64,000 bases of DNA from a virus (lineage: Duplodnaviria; Caudoviricetes), in the IMG/VR virus record IMGVR_UViG_2912723979_000001, positions 1 through 64,000 of that record; one strand, given 5' to 3'. The notes below the pieces were generated by a model that saw only the letters and a list, made by a program, of their open reading frames with translations, was not told the origin of the DNA and made no database searches. Below, piece by piece: positions 9,342 through 18,828 of the stretch; positions within the stretch are counted from its first letter, which is position 1, and each line of letters begins with the position of its first letter. Made by a program: the position numbers and the translations under genes.

Positions 9342-11222
9342 GTGGGCTTCGTGACCGGCCTGAAGAAGGTCGTCATCGACGGATGGTCGTGGCTGAACTA
9401 CAAGCCGATCTACAGCGACCCCCGCGGCATGCCCAACCGGCGTGCCTTCCCCGAAGCGCAGGCCTCCTGGGTGCCCGCCGAGGACGAACGGCGCCTGGCC
9501 GCGTACAAGCTGCTCACCGCCTACGACAACAACCAGGCCGCCGAACTCGCCGCGATCCTCGACGGCGAGCAGGCCCGGGAACGCCGGGAGTTCGGCGACC
9601 CGGCCATGTTCGTCGAGACCGTCATGGCGCACGTCCTGGGCCGCGAGCAGCACATCACCGTCCCGGGCGCCGAAGGCGACACCGCCCAGCCCACCCCGGA
9701 CGAGGAGATAGCCGGTCGGGTACAGGACCTGCTGCGCGCGTGGGCCGACGACGAGCTGCTGCCCATGCGGATCCAGCAGGCCGAACGCAAGGCCGTCGCC
9801 CTCGGCGACGGTATCTACCGGATGGCGTGGGACCCCGCCAAGCAGCGCCCCACCATCCGCGCCGTCGACCCCGGCTTCTACTTCCCCGTCATCGGCGAGG
9901 ACGACGACGGAGGCGAGTTCCCCCAGCGCGTGCACTTCGCATGGGAGCTGCCCGAGGACCCCAAGAACGGGCTCAAGCCGCGCCTGCGCCGCATCACCTA
10001 CGAGATTGCCCCCATCGGCGCCGCCACGTCCACCGGAGTCGACGGCGCTGGCCGGGCCCTGCGCGTCCCCGTCACCACCGAAGGATCCGACGGGCAGACG
10101 GTGCCGGTCATCGCCCGCGGCGACACCCTCACCGGCGACGGCACGATCACCCGCCAGTACGCGTGGAACGACGCCCCGACCCCACTGACCTGCTACCTCA
10201 CGGACGCCACCTGGGACCTCGGCGACCTCAAGGCCGGACACGACGTCGATGACCTGCCCCTCGACAAGGCCACCTATGCGACCCGCTCCGACGGCGAAGT
10301 CCTCGACCACCTCGACCTCTACATCGACTTCATCCCGGTCATCCACGTTCCCAACACCGTTCCGGCCGCGGAAGAGCACTGGGGGCAGTCTTCCCTGGCC
10401 AAGGTGCTGCAGGTCTTCGACGAACTCCAGGCAGCCGACACCGACTCCGCCCGCGCCTCCGCCACCACCGGCCTCCCCATGATCGGCATATCCGGGGCAG
10501 TGGCCGATGCCCGGCAGGCCTACGACGTCGGGCCCGGCGCCGTGTTCAAGCTCGGGGAGAACGGCCGCCTCACCACCATCGACACCAGCCCAGCCCTGCG
10601 CGAGCTACGCGCCCACAAGAACGACCTCGCCGACCGGGCCGCCACCAACGCCCGCCTGCCTGCCGTGTCCCTCGGCACCCTCGACCCGTCCAAGGTCGCC
10701 TCCGGGTACGCCATGGAACTCTCCCTCGGACCGCTGGACTCCCTCGTCGCCAGCATGCGCCTGGCCCGCGCCCACAAGTACGCGCTCCTGCTGAAGTTCG
10801 CCCAGCGCCTGTTCCTCGCCGGACAGCACCCCGACTGGACCGGCATCACCCCCCAGCCGGCCGAGCTGGTCTTCGGCCCCTACACACCGACCGACACCTC
10901 CGGCGTCCTCAACCAGGTCACCAACGGCGTCTCCCAGGGCGTGCTGTCCCTGGAAACCGGCGTCCGCATGCTGCAGGAGGCTGGGTTCCCCATTGAGGAC
11001 GTCCAGCAGGAGATCGAACGCATCCAGTCCCGCCAGTTCGAACAGGCCCGCACCCTTGCCGACGCCACCGGCAACCCGGACGCGGTCGCCGCATTCCTCG
11101 GCCAGGACACCACCGTCACACCGTCCGCACCGGCTCCGCAGCTCCCCAGCACGCCCGCCGACGCGGTTTCCTCGACCACCGCCGGCGGCAGCAGCCAAGG
11201 GAGCGGAGGGAACACGGCATGA
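9342..11222 (+). CDS. Portal protein
   Basis: 626 aa directly after terL; portal-like motifs (ALGDG..RM.WD, IPVIHVPN, SGYAMELSLGPL). Confidence 0.8.
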   Translation: MGFVTGLKKVVIDGWSWLNYKPIYSDPRGMPNRRAFPEAQASWVPAEDERRLAAYKLLTAYDNNQAAELAAILDGEQARERREFGDPAMFVETVMAHVLGREQHITVPGAEGDTAQPTPDEEIAGRVQDLLRAWADDELLPMRIQQAERKAVALGDGIYRMAWDPAKQRPTIRAVDPGFYFPVIGEDDDGGEFPQRVHFAWELPEDPKNGLKPRLRRITYEIAPIGAATSTGVDGAGRALRVPVTTEGSDGQTVPVIARGDTLTGDGTITRQYAWNDAPTPLTCYLTDATWDLGDLKAGHDVDDLPLDKATYATRSDGEVLDHLDLYIDFIPVIHVPNTVPAAEEHWGQSSLAKVLQVFDELQAADTDSARASATTGLPMIGISGAVADARQAYDVGPGAVFKLGENGRLTTIDTSPALRELRAHKNDLADRAATNARLPAVSLGTLDPSKVASGYAMELSLGPLDSLVASMRLARAHKYALLLKFAQRLFLAGQHPDWTGITPQPAELVFGPYTPTDTSGVLNQVTNGVSQGVLSLETGVRMLQEAGFPIEDVQQEIERIQSRQFEQARTLADATGNPDAVAAFLGQDTTVTPSAPAPQLPSTPADAVSSTTAGGSSQGSGGNTA

Positions 11223-11243
11223 CATCTGTGCTCCACTTGGATC

Positions 11244-11258
11244 TAGGCGCGGGGCCTG
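11244..11258 (+). promoter_or_regulatory. Leader motif TAGGCGCGGGGCCTG, copy 3 (before scaffold)
   Basis: 14/15 match to copies 1 and 2. Confidence 0.6.
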
Positions 11259-11284
11259 AACTGTCCTTGGGAGGACTGTCGCTC

Positions 11285-12046
11285 ATGCGTCGCCCCGCGC
11301 AGCACCGACTCGGATCCACGCCTGCCCCCGGCTGGGCCCACCCGTACACCGGCCTGCCCGGCATCGCCGTCTTCTACAACGACGGCGGCACCGACCCCGC
11401 CCCCCTCCCCGCGCCCACGCCGGCGGACGTGCTGCCCAAGCAGCCGCCGGCCGCGGACCCGGTCAAGCAGTTCACCCAGGATGACCTCGACCGCATCGCC
11501 GCCAAGGAGAAGGCCCAGGGACAGCGCGCCGGCGCCCGCCAAGCCCTCGAGGACTTCGCCAAGGAGTATGGCTTCAACACCGTCGACGACGCCAAGGCGT
11601 TCATCGATGCCGCCCGCAAGGCCCAGCAGGACGCCCTCTCCGAGGAGGAGAAGCGCCGGCAGGACCTTGACCGGCGCGAGCAGGAACTGGCCGCGAAGGA
11701 AGCCGCCACCGTAGCCCGGGAGCGGGCCGCGATCCGCAGGGCAGCCGTCATGGGCCTCGGCGCCACCGGCGAGGACCTGGCCGACGCGCTCGCCCTCCTC
11801 GACCGTGACCTCGCCGAACAGCCCGACGCCGACGAAGCCACCGTCACCGCGGCCGCCGAAGCCCTCAAGGCCCGCCGGCCCGCCCTGTTCACAGCCGCCC
11901 CTGCCGCGCCGCAGGCCCTTCCCCCCGCCCCCGGCGGAGCACCGGCCGGAGGAGGGCCCCGCCCGTCCGCCACCAAGGACGACGTCCAGGCCCGCGCCCG
12001 CAAGCGCGCCGAACAGATGGGCTTCCGGCGCCCCGACGCCGCCTGA
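11285..12046 (+). CDS. Capsid scaffolding protein
   Basis: FTQDDLDRI motif, coiled coil, Pro/Ala/Gly tail; GGAGG RBS; position between portal and capsid. Confidence 0.75.
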   Translation: MRRPAQHRLGSTPAPGWAHPYTGLPGIAVFYNDGGTDPAPLPAPTPADVLPKQPPAADPVKQFTQDDLDRIAAKEKAQGQRAGARQALEDFAKEYGFNTVDDAKAFIDAARKAQQDALSEEEKRRQDLDRREQELAAKEAATVARERAAIRRAAVMGLGATGEDLADALALLDRDLAEQPDADEATVTAAAEALKARRPALFTAAPAAPQALPPAPGGAPAGGGPRPSATKDDVQARARKRAEQMGFRRPDAA

Positions 12047-12160
12047 CAACCCACCACACGAGCCGAGGGACCACGCCCTCCCCGCACCACCCCGTGGACG
12101 GCACCACCCAGCTGGTAGCCCGCACCCTGTGCCATCCCCATTCCACGGGAGGAGATCGGC

Positions 12161-12571
12161 GTGGACCTCCAGCCGATGACCACCACCACGACCGTGACCG
12201 CCGACCGGCGCTGGCTGAAGAGCCCCCACGGTACCGAGATGAACGAGACGATCACCCTGGACGTCTCCAAGTTCACGGCCGGCACCCACTACGTCGCCGC
12301 GACCGCGACCATGCCGTACGCCTACTTCAAGTCCGGCCTGCCCCTCGGCAAGATCACCGCGACCGGCCTGTACGGGCCGTACAACTCCGGTGCCTCCGAC
12401 GGCACCCAGATCCTTGCCGGCGTCCTGGACACCGAGACCGCGTTCAACCCGGCCGTCACCAAGGTCGGCGGCGCGCTCCGCGTCCACGGATCCATCGACA
12501 CCGCGAAGCTCCCCGTCGCGCTCACCGTCCCCGCGGCCGCGAACCGCACCGACAACCTCCGCTTCGCCTGA
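12161..12571 (+). CDS. Head decoration protein (lambda gpD-like)
   Basis: SGLPLGKITATGLYGPY...GVL...HG.ID..KLP pattern; directly before MCP. Confidence 0.8.
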   Translation: MDLQPMTTTTTVTADRRWLKSPHGTEMNETITLDVSKFTAGTHYVAATATMPYAYFKSGLPLGKITATGLYGPYNSGASDGTQILAGVLDTETAFNPAVTKVGGALRVHGSIDTAKLPVALTVPAAANRTDNLRFA

Positions 12572-12586
12572 AAGGGGGGCTGAACG

Positions 12587-13633
12587 ATGCTTGACACCCT
12601 GCTCAGGGACATCGACGCCACCGAGATCAACGCCTTCGCCCGAGCCGTGCAGACCCCTGCGGACTACGCGCTCACCCTGTCCGTGATGCCGGAGAGGACC
12701 ATCAACTCGGTCAAGTTCCGCATCAAGTCCACCAGCCGCCGCGTCAACGCCGCGAAGTACCGCGCCTGGGACGCCCAGACCGCAGTCGCCACCCGCGAGG
12801 CCAAGCGGATCGTCACCGAGGGCATGCTCCCCCCGCTCGGCCAGAAGTACCTTGTCGGCGAGCTGGAGCAGATCCTCCTCGACACCAGCCGCGGCGCCGA
12901 CTCCTCCGAGCTGGTCGACCTGCTCTACCAGGACGTTGCCGCGCACGTGCAGTCCATCAAGTCCCGCCTCGAGCTGGCCGTGGGCGACCTCCTCACCGAC
13001 GGCAAGTTCACCCTGTCCGGGGAGAACGGCCTCACCGTCGAGTACGACGCCGGCGTGCCCTCCGCGAACATGCCGACCGCCGCCACCGCGTGGACCGACC
13101 CGACCGCGGACGCCCTCGCCGACGAAATGAACTGGATCGAGGTCCTGCGCGCCTCCGGCGCCCCGCTCCCGTCCCGCGTCGTCACCAGCTACAAGGCGCG
13201 CGCCCTCCTCGCCGGCAACAACGCCTACCGGCAGGCGTTCTACGGCACCAGCGCCACGAACATCCCCACCGGCGTCCTCGCCCCCAACGAGGTCGACGCG
13301 GTCCGCGCCCGCTACAACCTCCCCCCGATCACCGTGTACGACGTGCAGATCCCCAAGGACGACGGCACCATGGCCCGCCCGCTGCCGGACAACAAGTGGC
13401 TGATGCTGCCGCCGAACCCCACCACGTGGGGCGAGACGCAGTACGGCGTCACCGCCGAGTCCCTCGTCCTGTCCTCCGGCGGCAACCCCGCTATCGAGCG
13501 CGAGGAAGCCCCGGGCATCGTCGTCACCCACGGCTACACCGACGACCCGGTCACCGTGTGGACCAAGGGCGCCGCCGTCGCCATGCCGGTGCTGTACGTC
13601 CCGGACATCCACATCTCCGCGACGGTGTTCTGA
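12587..13633 (+). CDS. Major capsid protein (gpE-like)
   Basis: 348 aa; AKYRAWDA, LPPLGQK, W.K..A.AMPV features of Phage_cap_E-type proteins. Confidence 0.85.
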   Translation: MLDTLLRDIDATEINAFARAVQTPADYALTLSVMPERTINSVKFRIKSTSRRVNAAKYRAWDAQTAVATREAKRIVTEGMLPPLGQKYLVGELEQILLDTSRGADSSELVDLLYQDVAAHVQSIKSRLELAVGDLLTDGKFTLSGENGLTVEYDAGVPSANMPTAATAWTDPTADALADEMNWIEVLRASGAPLPSRVVTSYKARALLAGNNAYRQAFYGTSATNIPTGVLAPNEVDAVRARYNLPPITVYDVQIPKDDGTMARPLPDNKWLMLPPNPTTWGETQYGVTAESLVLSSGGNPAIEREEAPGIVVTHGYTDDPVTVWTKGAAVAMPVLYVPDIHISATVF

Positions 13634-13635
13634 CC

Positions 13636-13917
13636 ATGGCCGCCAAGCTCGCAGCGACCGTGTACGTCACCGACCCCGACACCCACCAGACGGTGGTCCT
13701 CGAGGAAGGCAGCGAACCGGAACCGCGTCTGGCGGCTCTGGTCACCAACCCCGCGGCATGGGAGGACGGCAAGCCCCCTGCCGCAGCCAAGAAGGCCGCC
13801 GAGGCCCAGCAGGACGACGACTCGACGGACGACAAGCCGACCGCGAAGAAGACCGCGGCGGCCCGGAAGCCGGCTCGGGGCCGGACCGCCGCTGACGAGG
13901 GCAGCAGCGGCGACTAG
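13636..13917 (+). CDS. Small virion-associated protein, Lys/Ala-rich tail
   Basis: ATG just after MCP stop; LVTNPAAW motif. Confidence 0.7.
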   Translation: MAAKLAATVYVTDPDTHQTVVLEEGSEPEPRLAALVTNPAAWEDGKPPAAAKKAAEAQQDDDSTDDKPTAKKTAAARKPARGRTAADEGSSGD

Positions 13918-14012
13918 CGGCGTGCGGGCCCGCCCCTTGTGGTGGGGGCGCCACCCGGCGGGCCCGCACCCGCACCCCATCTCGCCGACCCCGACCCTGA
14001 TGGAGGCAGCAC

Positions 14013-14339
14013 GTGGACACGGCAGTAACACACTGGCTGCTTGCCCAACTCGGCACCGACACCGACCTCGCCGACCTCACCGCCCGCTACACGCGACTCG
14101 GCACCGCACGAGCCGTAGCCATCGAGGTCCTCCGGGAACGCTACGCAGCCCTCCGCGACCAGCCCACCGCGGTCACCGTCACCAACGTCGTCGCCATCAA
14201 CCAGACAGCGAACCTCGCCGCCTACGAACGGCAGATCGCCGCCCTCGAGGCCGGTGAACCACCAGCACCGGACGACCCGCCCTGCGGCGGCCCGGACATG
14301 CTCGAGATCCTCCACCTGAGGGCACGGCCCCGGCGATGA
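14013..14339 (+). CDS. Head-tail connector/adaptor (putative)
   Basis: Size and position; RAVAIEVLRER...ERQI pattern. Confidence 0.6.
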   Translation: MDTAVTHWLLAQLGTDTDLADLTARYTRLGTARAVAIEVLRERYAALRDQPTAVTVTNVVAINQTANLAAYERQIAALEAGEPPAPDDPPCGGPDMLEILHLRARPRR

Positions 14340-15184
14340 CCACATCAGCCCAGCAGCAGACCGACCAGCGCAGCGAACTCACTGCCCTCATCACCGCCGC
14401 CACCCTCGACCTGGTCCGCCAGTGGGAGCGCCTGCCCACTGCCCAGGACACCTTGCTCCGCGCCCTGGAACGCCTCCGCCCGGGGCTCGGCGCCACCACC
14501 CGCATCAACGCGCACATCACCGCGTTCAACCAGCAGGTCGGCGAGTTCAGCCGCCTCACCCACGCGCTCATCGAGCGGTGGGCCGCCCACGACCTGCCCA
14601 CCGCCTACCGCGACGGCGCCCTGCGCGCCCTTCGTCAAACCGACGCAGACCTCGCCCTGTTCCGGTGGACAGCCGACCACCAGGCCGCCATCACCGCCCT
14701 CACCGCCGCCTTTTACACCGACCTTGTCGGCCGTATCCAAGAAGCCGTCCGCCGCGCCCAGGCGTTCGCCAGGGCTGCACAGGACGCCACCCGCGAGGTC
14801 ACCATGGGCCGCAACCACGCCGGCATCGACTCCGCTGCCCTCATCCGCGACCACCCGCTGTCCACGATCATCTACCGCGACAGTTCCCGGCATCCCGTGA
14901 AGGACTGGGCCCGCTCCGCCCTCACCTACCAGGGCGCCGTCACCGCCAACCACGGCGCGATCAACACCGGCCGCCTGGACCTCGAGGCCCAGTGGTTCGA
15001 GTGCGTCGACGGCAGCGAATGCGGATTCACCTCGCACCAGGACACCGACCACGCCAACGGCACGATCCGATCCGCTGATGACGCGGCCGCCTACCCGATC
15101 GCCCACTTCGGCTGCATACGCCAGTGGACCCCCCGCCCCGACCTCAACGGCGCCAGCAATCTCGTCTCAGGAGATCCCGCATGA
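14336..15184 (+). CDS. Minor capsid protein (MuF/Phage_min_cap2-like)
   Basis: C-terminal ECVDG..CG..SH..ANG...PIAHFGCIR motif. Confidence 0.65.
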   Translation: MTTSAQQQTDQRSELTALITAATLDLVRQWERLPTAQDTLLRALERLRPGLGATTRINAHITAFNQQVGEFSRLTHALIERWAAHDLPTAYRDGALRALRQTDADLALFRWTADHQAAITALTAAFYTDLVGRIQEAVRRAQAFARAAQDATREVTMGRNHAGIDSAALIRDHPLSTIIYRDSSRHPVKDWARSALTYQGAVTANHGAINTGRLDLEAQWFECVDGSECGFTSHQDTDHANGTIRSADDAAAYPIAHFGCIRQWTPRPDLNGASNLVSGDPA

Positions 15185-15531
15185 GCCCCGCCCCGACCGC
15201 CCTCACTGTCCACGACGGATACGGCATGCCCGACGACGACCAACGGCTACGCATCTGTACGTGGCTCACTGCCAACGGCATCAACCCGAACAACGTCACC
15301 CAGCACGCTCCGATCCACATCCTCCCCATTCCCGTGCGGCCGCCCGAGACCGGTGACGGCTGGCTCGCGCAGGTCATCGTGTTTACCGAGTGCTATGTCA
15401 ACGCTGATGGGCATAGGGAACAGAACCTGATCAGCCGCGAGCCGGTGACCTTCCAACGCACGGTGCCGCTCCGAGTCCCCTTCCCTGCGAACTTGCCGGG
15501 CAACGATGGAGGGGAGGAAGAAGCCGTATGA
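15181..15531 (+). CDS. Hypothetical phage protein
   Basis: ATGA-coupled, in operon. Confidence 0.65.
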   Translation: MSPAPTALTVHDGYGMPDDDQRLRICTWLTANGINPNNVTQHAPIHILPIPVRPPETGDGWLAQVIVFTECYVNADGHREQNLISREPVTFQRTVPLRVPFPANLPGNDGGEEEAV

Positions 15532-15914
15532 CCGCCCCCGCCGAGCCGACTGCGCACGGCGTCCGCATCGACGCCCAGCCCGGAAGCGCCACCATCCGCA
15601 TCGACGGCACTCTGCTCCCGCGAGGCCAGGTCATCGGCTACCAGCTCGAACACTCCATCGCCGACGCGCTCCCCATGCTCATCCTGCACACCCGGCAGCC
15701 CGAAGGTGTCGTATGGGAGGGACTTTCCCGGGTTGCCGTTGCCGACCCGCAGCAGGACCTCGGCCAGCAGATCGCCGCATTCCTCGGAGGCATCAACCCC
15801 GCCGCCCTGGAAGGCGCGGCGCTGGAACGCGACGACCTCTCCAACGAGCGGTATGGACTCACTGCTGCCATCCTCGCCACGCTCGCCGACTGGGCGCAGG
15901 GGAGGGGAGTCTGA
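15528..15914 (+). CDS. Hypothetical phage protein
   Basis: ATGA-coupled, in operon. Confidence 0.65.
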   Translation: MTAPAEPTAHGVRIDAQPGSATIRIDGTLLPRGQVIGYQLEHSIADALPMLILHTRQPEGVVWEGLSRVAVADPQQDLGQQIAAFLGGINPAALEGAALERDDLSNERYGLTAAILATLADWAQGRGV

Positions 15915-16369
15915 TGGCCAGCCTCGACCAGATCCTCGCCGGAGTCGTCACCTGGATCGACAAGAACCTCCTCATCGACACCATCCGGATCACCGCCCCG
16001 CCCAGCGGCGAACCGGTCCTCAACCCGGACACGGACCAACTGGAGTACCTTCCCGGCGACATCCTGTACGAGGGGCCGGGCGCCGTGCAGGGCGGCATCG
16101 CCCAGTCCGAGGTCACATCAATCCCCAACGTGGGGCAGCCGTGGGCGCAGGAGTCCAGGAGCCGATACCGGCTGATGACCCCGCTCGAGGCACCCATCGC
16201 CCCGAAGGACGCGATCGTGACCGTCGTCGCCTCCCACGACCCGGGCCGCACCGACCTGATCGGACGGTCCTGGATGGTCCAGGACCCTGGCATTGCCGCC
16301 ACCACCGAGGTCGTACGCATTACCGCCCTGGACCAGAACCAGACCGGAGGCCGGGAGGTGACGCCGTGA
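15914..16369 (+). CDS. Head-tail joining protein (DUF6093-like)
   Basis: LIDTIRIT...LYEGPGAVQ...Y.L.TP pattern. Confidence 0.65.
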   Translation: MASLDQILAGVVTWIDKNLLIDTIRITAPPSGEPVLNPDTDQLEYLPGDILYEGPGAVQGGIAQSEVTSIPNVGQPWAQESRSRYRLMTPLEAPIAPKDAIVTVVASHDPGRTDLIGRSWMVQDPGIAATTEVVRITALDQNQTGGREVTP

Positions 16370-16752
16370 CCCCGGAGGAACTCGCCGACCGCCTGGAGCA
16401 CGCAGCGATGAAGGTCGGCCCGGCGATCGAGAAAGCCGTCGCGCACACCGGTGAGATGGGTGTGGCCCGGGTCCGCGGCAACGCATCCGGCCGGCCGGGC
16501 CCGAACGTCATCACCGGCGCCTACCGGAACTCCTGGCGGGCGGAGACCCGAACTCTGCGCTCCGGAGCCGTCTGCACCATCGGGACGGATCTGCCGTATG
16601 GCCGGCGCCTTGAGTTCGGGTTCGTCGGGATGGACAGCCTGGGCCGCAACTACAACCAGCCGCCCTTCCCGCACGTCCAGCCAGCACTGCCGTACATCGG
16701 GCAAACCCTGGTGGCGCAGATGCGGCTCGCCATCTCGGAGGTGGTGCTGTGA
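16366..16752 (+). CDS. HK97 gp10-like tail component
   Basis: PGPNVITGAYRNSW, YGRRLEFG, PFPHVQPA motifs. Confidence 0.8.
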   Translation: MTPEELADRLEHAAMKVGPAIEKAVAHTGEMGVARVRGNASGRPGPNVITGAYRNSWRAETRTLRSGAVCTIGTDLPYGRRLEFGFVGMDSLGRNYNQPPFPHVQPALPYIGQTLVAQMRLAISEVVL

Positions 16753-17195
16753 TCGACCGAGGGCAGGTCACCCAAGCGCTTGCCGCGCTCCTTACAACCG
16801 AGACCGGTCACCCGGCCGGGCTGGGGAGGATGCCGAAGGCCGAGCCACCCTACTACCTGCTGTACAGCGTCGACACCAGCCTGTCCGGGGCTCCGTTCAC
16901 CGATGGCAACGAAGACATCAGCCTCGTCTACCAGGTGACGTCGGTATCTGGCCCCGATCCGAAGGTGGCCGGCTCCAGCGGCACCCTGGGCCAGGCCGAG
17001 CGGCTCGCGGACAAGGCCCGGCAGGTGATTCTGCGCCGCGACCCGAGCACCGGCCTCTGGGCGGCCGCCCTGAACATTCCCGGTGCCAAGGTCATGTGCC
17101 GGGAGCTGGAAACAGAACCCGGGGGAACGAGTGACCCCACAGATGGGATCATCAGCTATGTGCAGCGCTTCAGGTTCGACCTGACGCCCGCCTGA
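16749..17195 (+). CDS. Tail terminator (putative)
   Basis: Position before major tail; YQVTSV pattern. Confidence 0.65.
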   Translation: MIDRGQVTQALAALLTTETGHPAGLGRMPKAEPPYYLLYSVDTSLSGAPFTDGNEDISLVYQVTSVSGPDPKVAGSSGTLGQAERLADKARQVILRRDPSTGLWAAALNIPGAKVMCRELETEPGGTSDPTDGIISYVQRFRFDLTPA

Positions 17196-17297
17196 CCCTC
17201 AGGCCAGGCCGTTCGACCGCACCGCGGCGGGACCCCACGCGGACGCCACACCACAGTGGCCGCCACACCAGCAGACCAACGCCGTAGGGGTCCCTTC

Positions 17298-17771
17298 ATG
17301 GCCAGGTTCAACCGCAAGGGCACAACGAAGATCCTGTGGGTGCCGACGATCGCGTCCACCACCTACCTGCCGACCGCGGCCGAGCTGACCGCCGGCACGG
17401 ACTACACCAAGCAGATCGCCGCCGTCGACGGGTTCTCCATCGAGAACCAGGAGATCGAGACACCGGACATGGCCAGCACCTTCGTGGCCAAGATTCCCGG
17501 TGACGACTCTGCTGCGGACTCCTCGCTGACGTTCTACGAGGACGACACCGACGACACCATCGAGCAGGACCTCGCCAAGGGCACCGTCGGCTTCGTCGTG
17601 ATCTGCCGCAAGGGCAAGACCCCCGGCACCAAGGGCATGGACGTCCACCCGGTCCGCGTCGCGTCGAACTCGCCGACGATCACCGCCGACAACGAGGCCG
17701 CGAAGATCACCGTCAAGTTCTCGATCATCGACCGGCCGCTGCTCAACGCCACAGTCCCGACCGGCAGCTGA
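17298..17771 (+). CDS. Major tail (tube) protein
   Basis: PT.AEL..G.D....I..VDGF, TPDMASTF..KIPG motifs. Confidence 0.8.
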   Translation: MARFNRKGTTKILWVPTIASTTYLPTAAELTAGTDYTKQIAAVDGFSIENQEIETPDMASTFVAKIPGDDSAADSSLTFYEDDTDDTIEQDLAKGTVGFVVICRKGKTPGTKGMDVHPVRVASNSPTITADNEAAKITVKFSIIDRPLLNATVPTGS

Positions 17772-17874
17772 CCCAGCCCACCCCTCAGCTCCTGGCCGGG
17801 CCCGTGACGCGTTCGGGAAGGGCCGCCCACGCGGCGCCCGGCCAGGATCCCTTCCCCTGGAGGACCACCACACC

Positions 17875-18423
17875 ATGACCACCACGGCACCGCCCCCGCC
17901 GCAGAACGCCGTAGACCGGGACCCGCACTGGATGGCAACCCGGGCCCGGCTCGCCGCGCGACAGCGCCCGATCGCCACCATGACCATCTGCGACGACCAG
18001 AGCGTGAAGGACGCGCTGGCCACTGCCCAGTACGCAGCCCGCCGCGCCAAGTCCGCTGCCGACGACAACCCGGGCGACAAGGACCTGAAGAAGCTCGCCG
18101 CCGCGGCGGAGAAGGAGCTGGAGGCGGCACAGAAGGCGTTCGACGAGGCGGCGATCGTCCTCAGGTTCCAGGCACTGCGCCGGCCCGACTTCGAAGCGCT
18201 GAAGAAGGCGCATCCGGCGACGGAGGAGCAGGCCGAGGACGGCATGGCGTTCAACCCGGAGACGCTCTGTCCCGAGCTGATCGCGGCCGCGTCCCTGGAC
18301 GGCATCACCGCCGAGGAGGCCACCGAGTACCTCACCGAGTGGTCCGAAGGCGAAGCCGCCCAGCTGTTCGACACCGCCTGGCAGGTGCAGGGAGAAACCC
18401 GCGCGGACCTGGGAAAAGGCTGA
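17875..18423 (+). CDS. Tail assembly chaperone (gpG-like)
   Basis: Between MTP and TMP; ends at slippery G-GGA-AAA. Confidence 0.8.
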   Translation: MTTTAPPPPQNAVDRDPHWMATRARLAARQRPIATMTICDDQSVKDALATAQYAARRAKSAADDNPGDKDLKKLAAAAEKELEAAQKAFDEAAIVLRFQALRRPDFEALKKAHPATEEQAEDGMAFNPETLCPELIAAASLDGITAEEATEYLTEWSEGEAAQLFDTAWQVQGETRADLGKG

Positions 18424-18809
18424 TCCGAGATGAGCGCCTGCGCCGCGAACTCGAACTGTGCGACCGATGGGGCATCCCCCACTCGCAGTTCCGCGGCATC
18501 GGCGACGGCACCTGGAGCGAGCGGGACCGGGCCAAGGCCCTCGCCTTCCTCGAGTACCAGAGGAGCGTGTGCCCGCAGTGCGGCACCCGCTACGACGACT
18601 GGGACCACGGCGGCGACGACGAGGAAGACCGCTACGTGGCCGTCCTGCAGAAGTGCGTGGGCTGCGAGGTCATCGCCGACAAGCAGAAAGAGCTGGAAAC
18701 CTCCGGCGAATCCACGCACGGGATGAAGGTCGCCCTGGTCCCAGCCGCAGTGCAAGCGGCCCTGGAACTGGCCAGGGGCCTGCACAAGGCACGCCACATC
18801 GACGACTGA
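18411..18809 (+). CDS. -1 frameshift extension of tail chaperone (gpGT-like), with CPQC/KCVGC motifs
   Basis: GGGAAAA at 18411-18417; -1 frame open to 18809 with no own RBS/start near the junction. Confidence 0.75.
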   Translation, partial: GKRLIRDERLRRELELCDRWGIPHSQFRGIGDGTWSERDRAKALAFLEYQRSVCPQCGTRYDDWDHGGDDEEDRYVAVLQKCVGCEVIADKQKELETSGESTHGMKVALVPAAVQAALELARGLHKARHIDD

Positions 18810-18828
18810 CGAGTGAGGGGAGGGCCGG

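Noticed and set aside
11243-13612. Long antisense ORFs (also 17199-19250, 20605-21867, 35326-36969, 44361-45596, 55878-57164 and similar)
   Set aside because: Shadow frames of high-GC genes; the opposite strand carries recognisable proteins with proper GC3 bias
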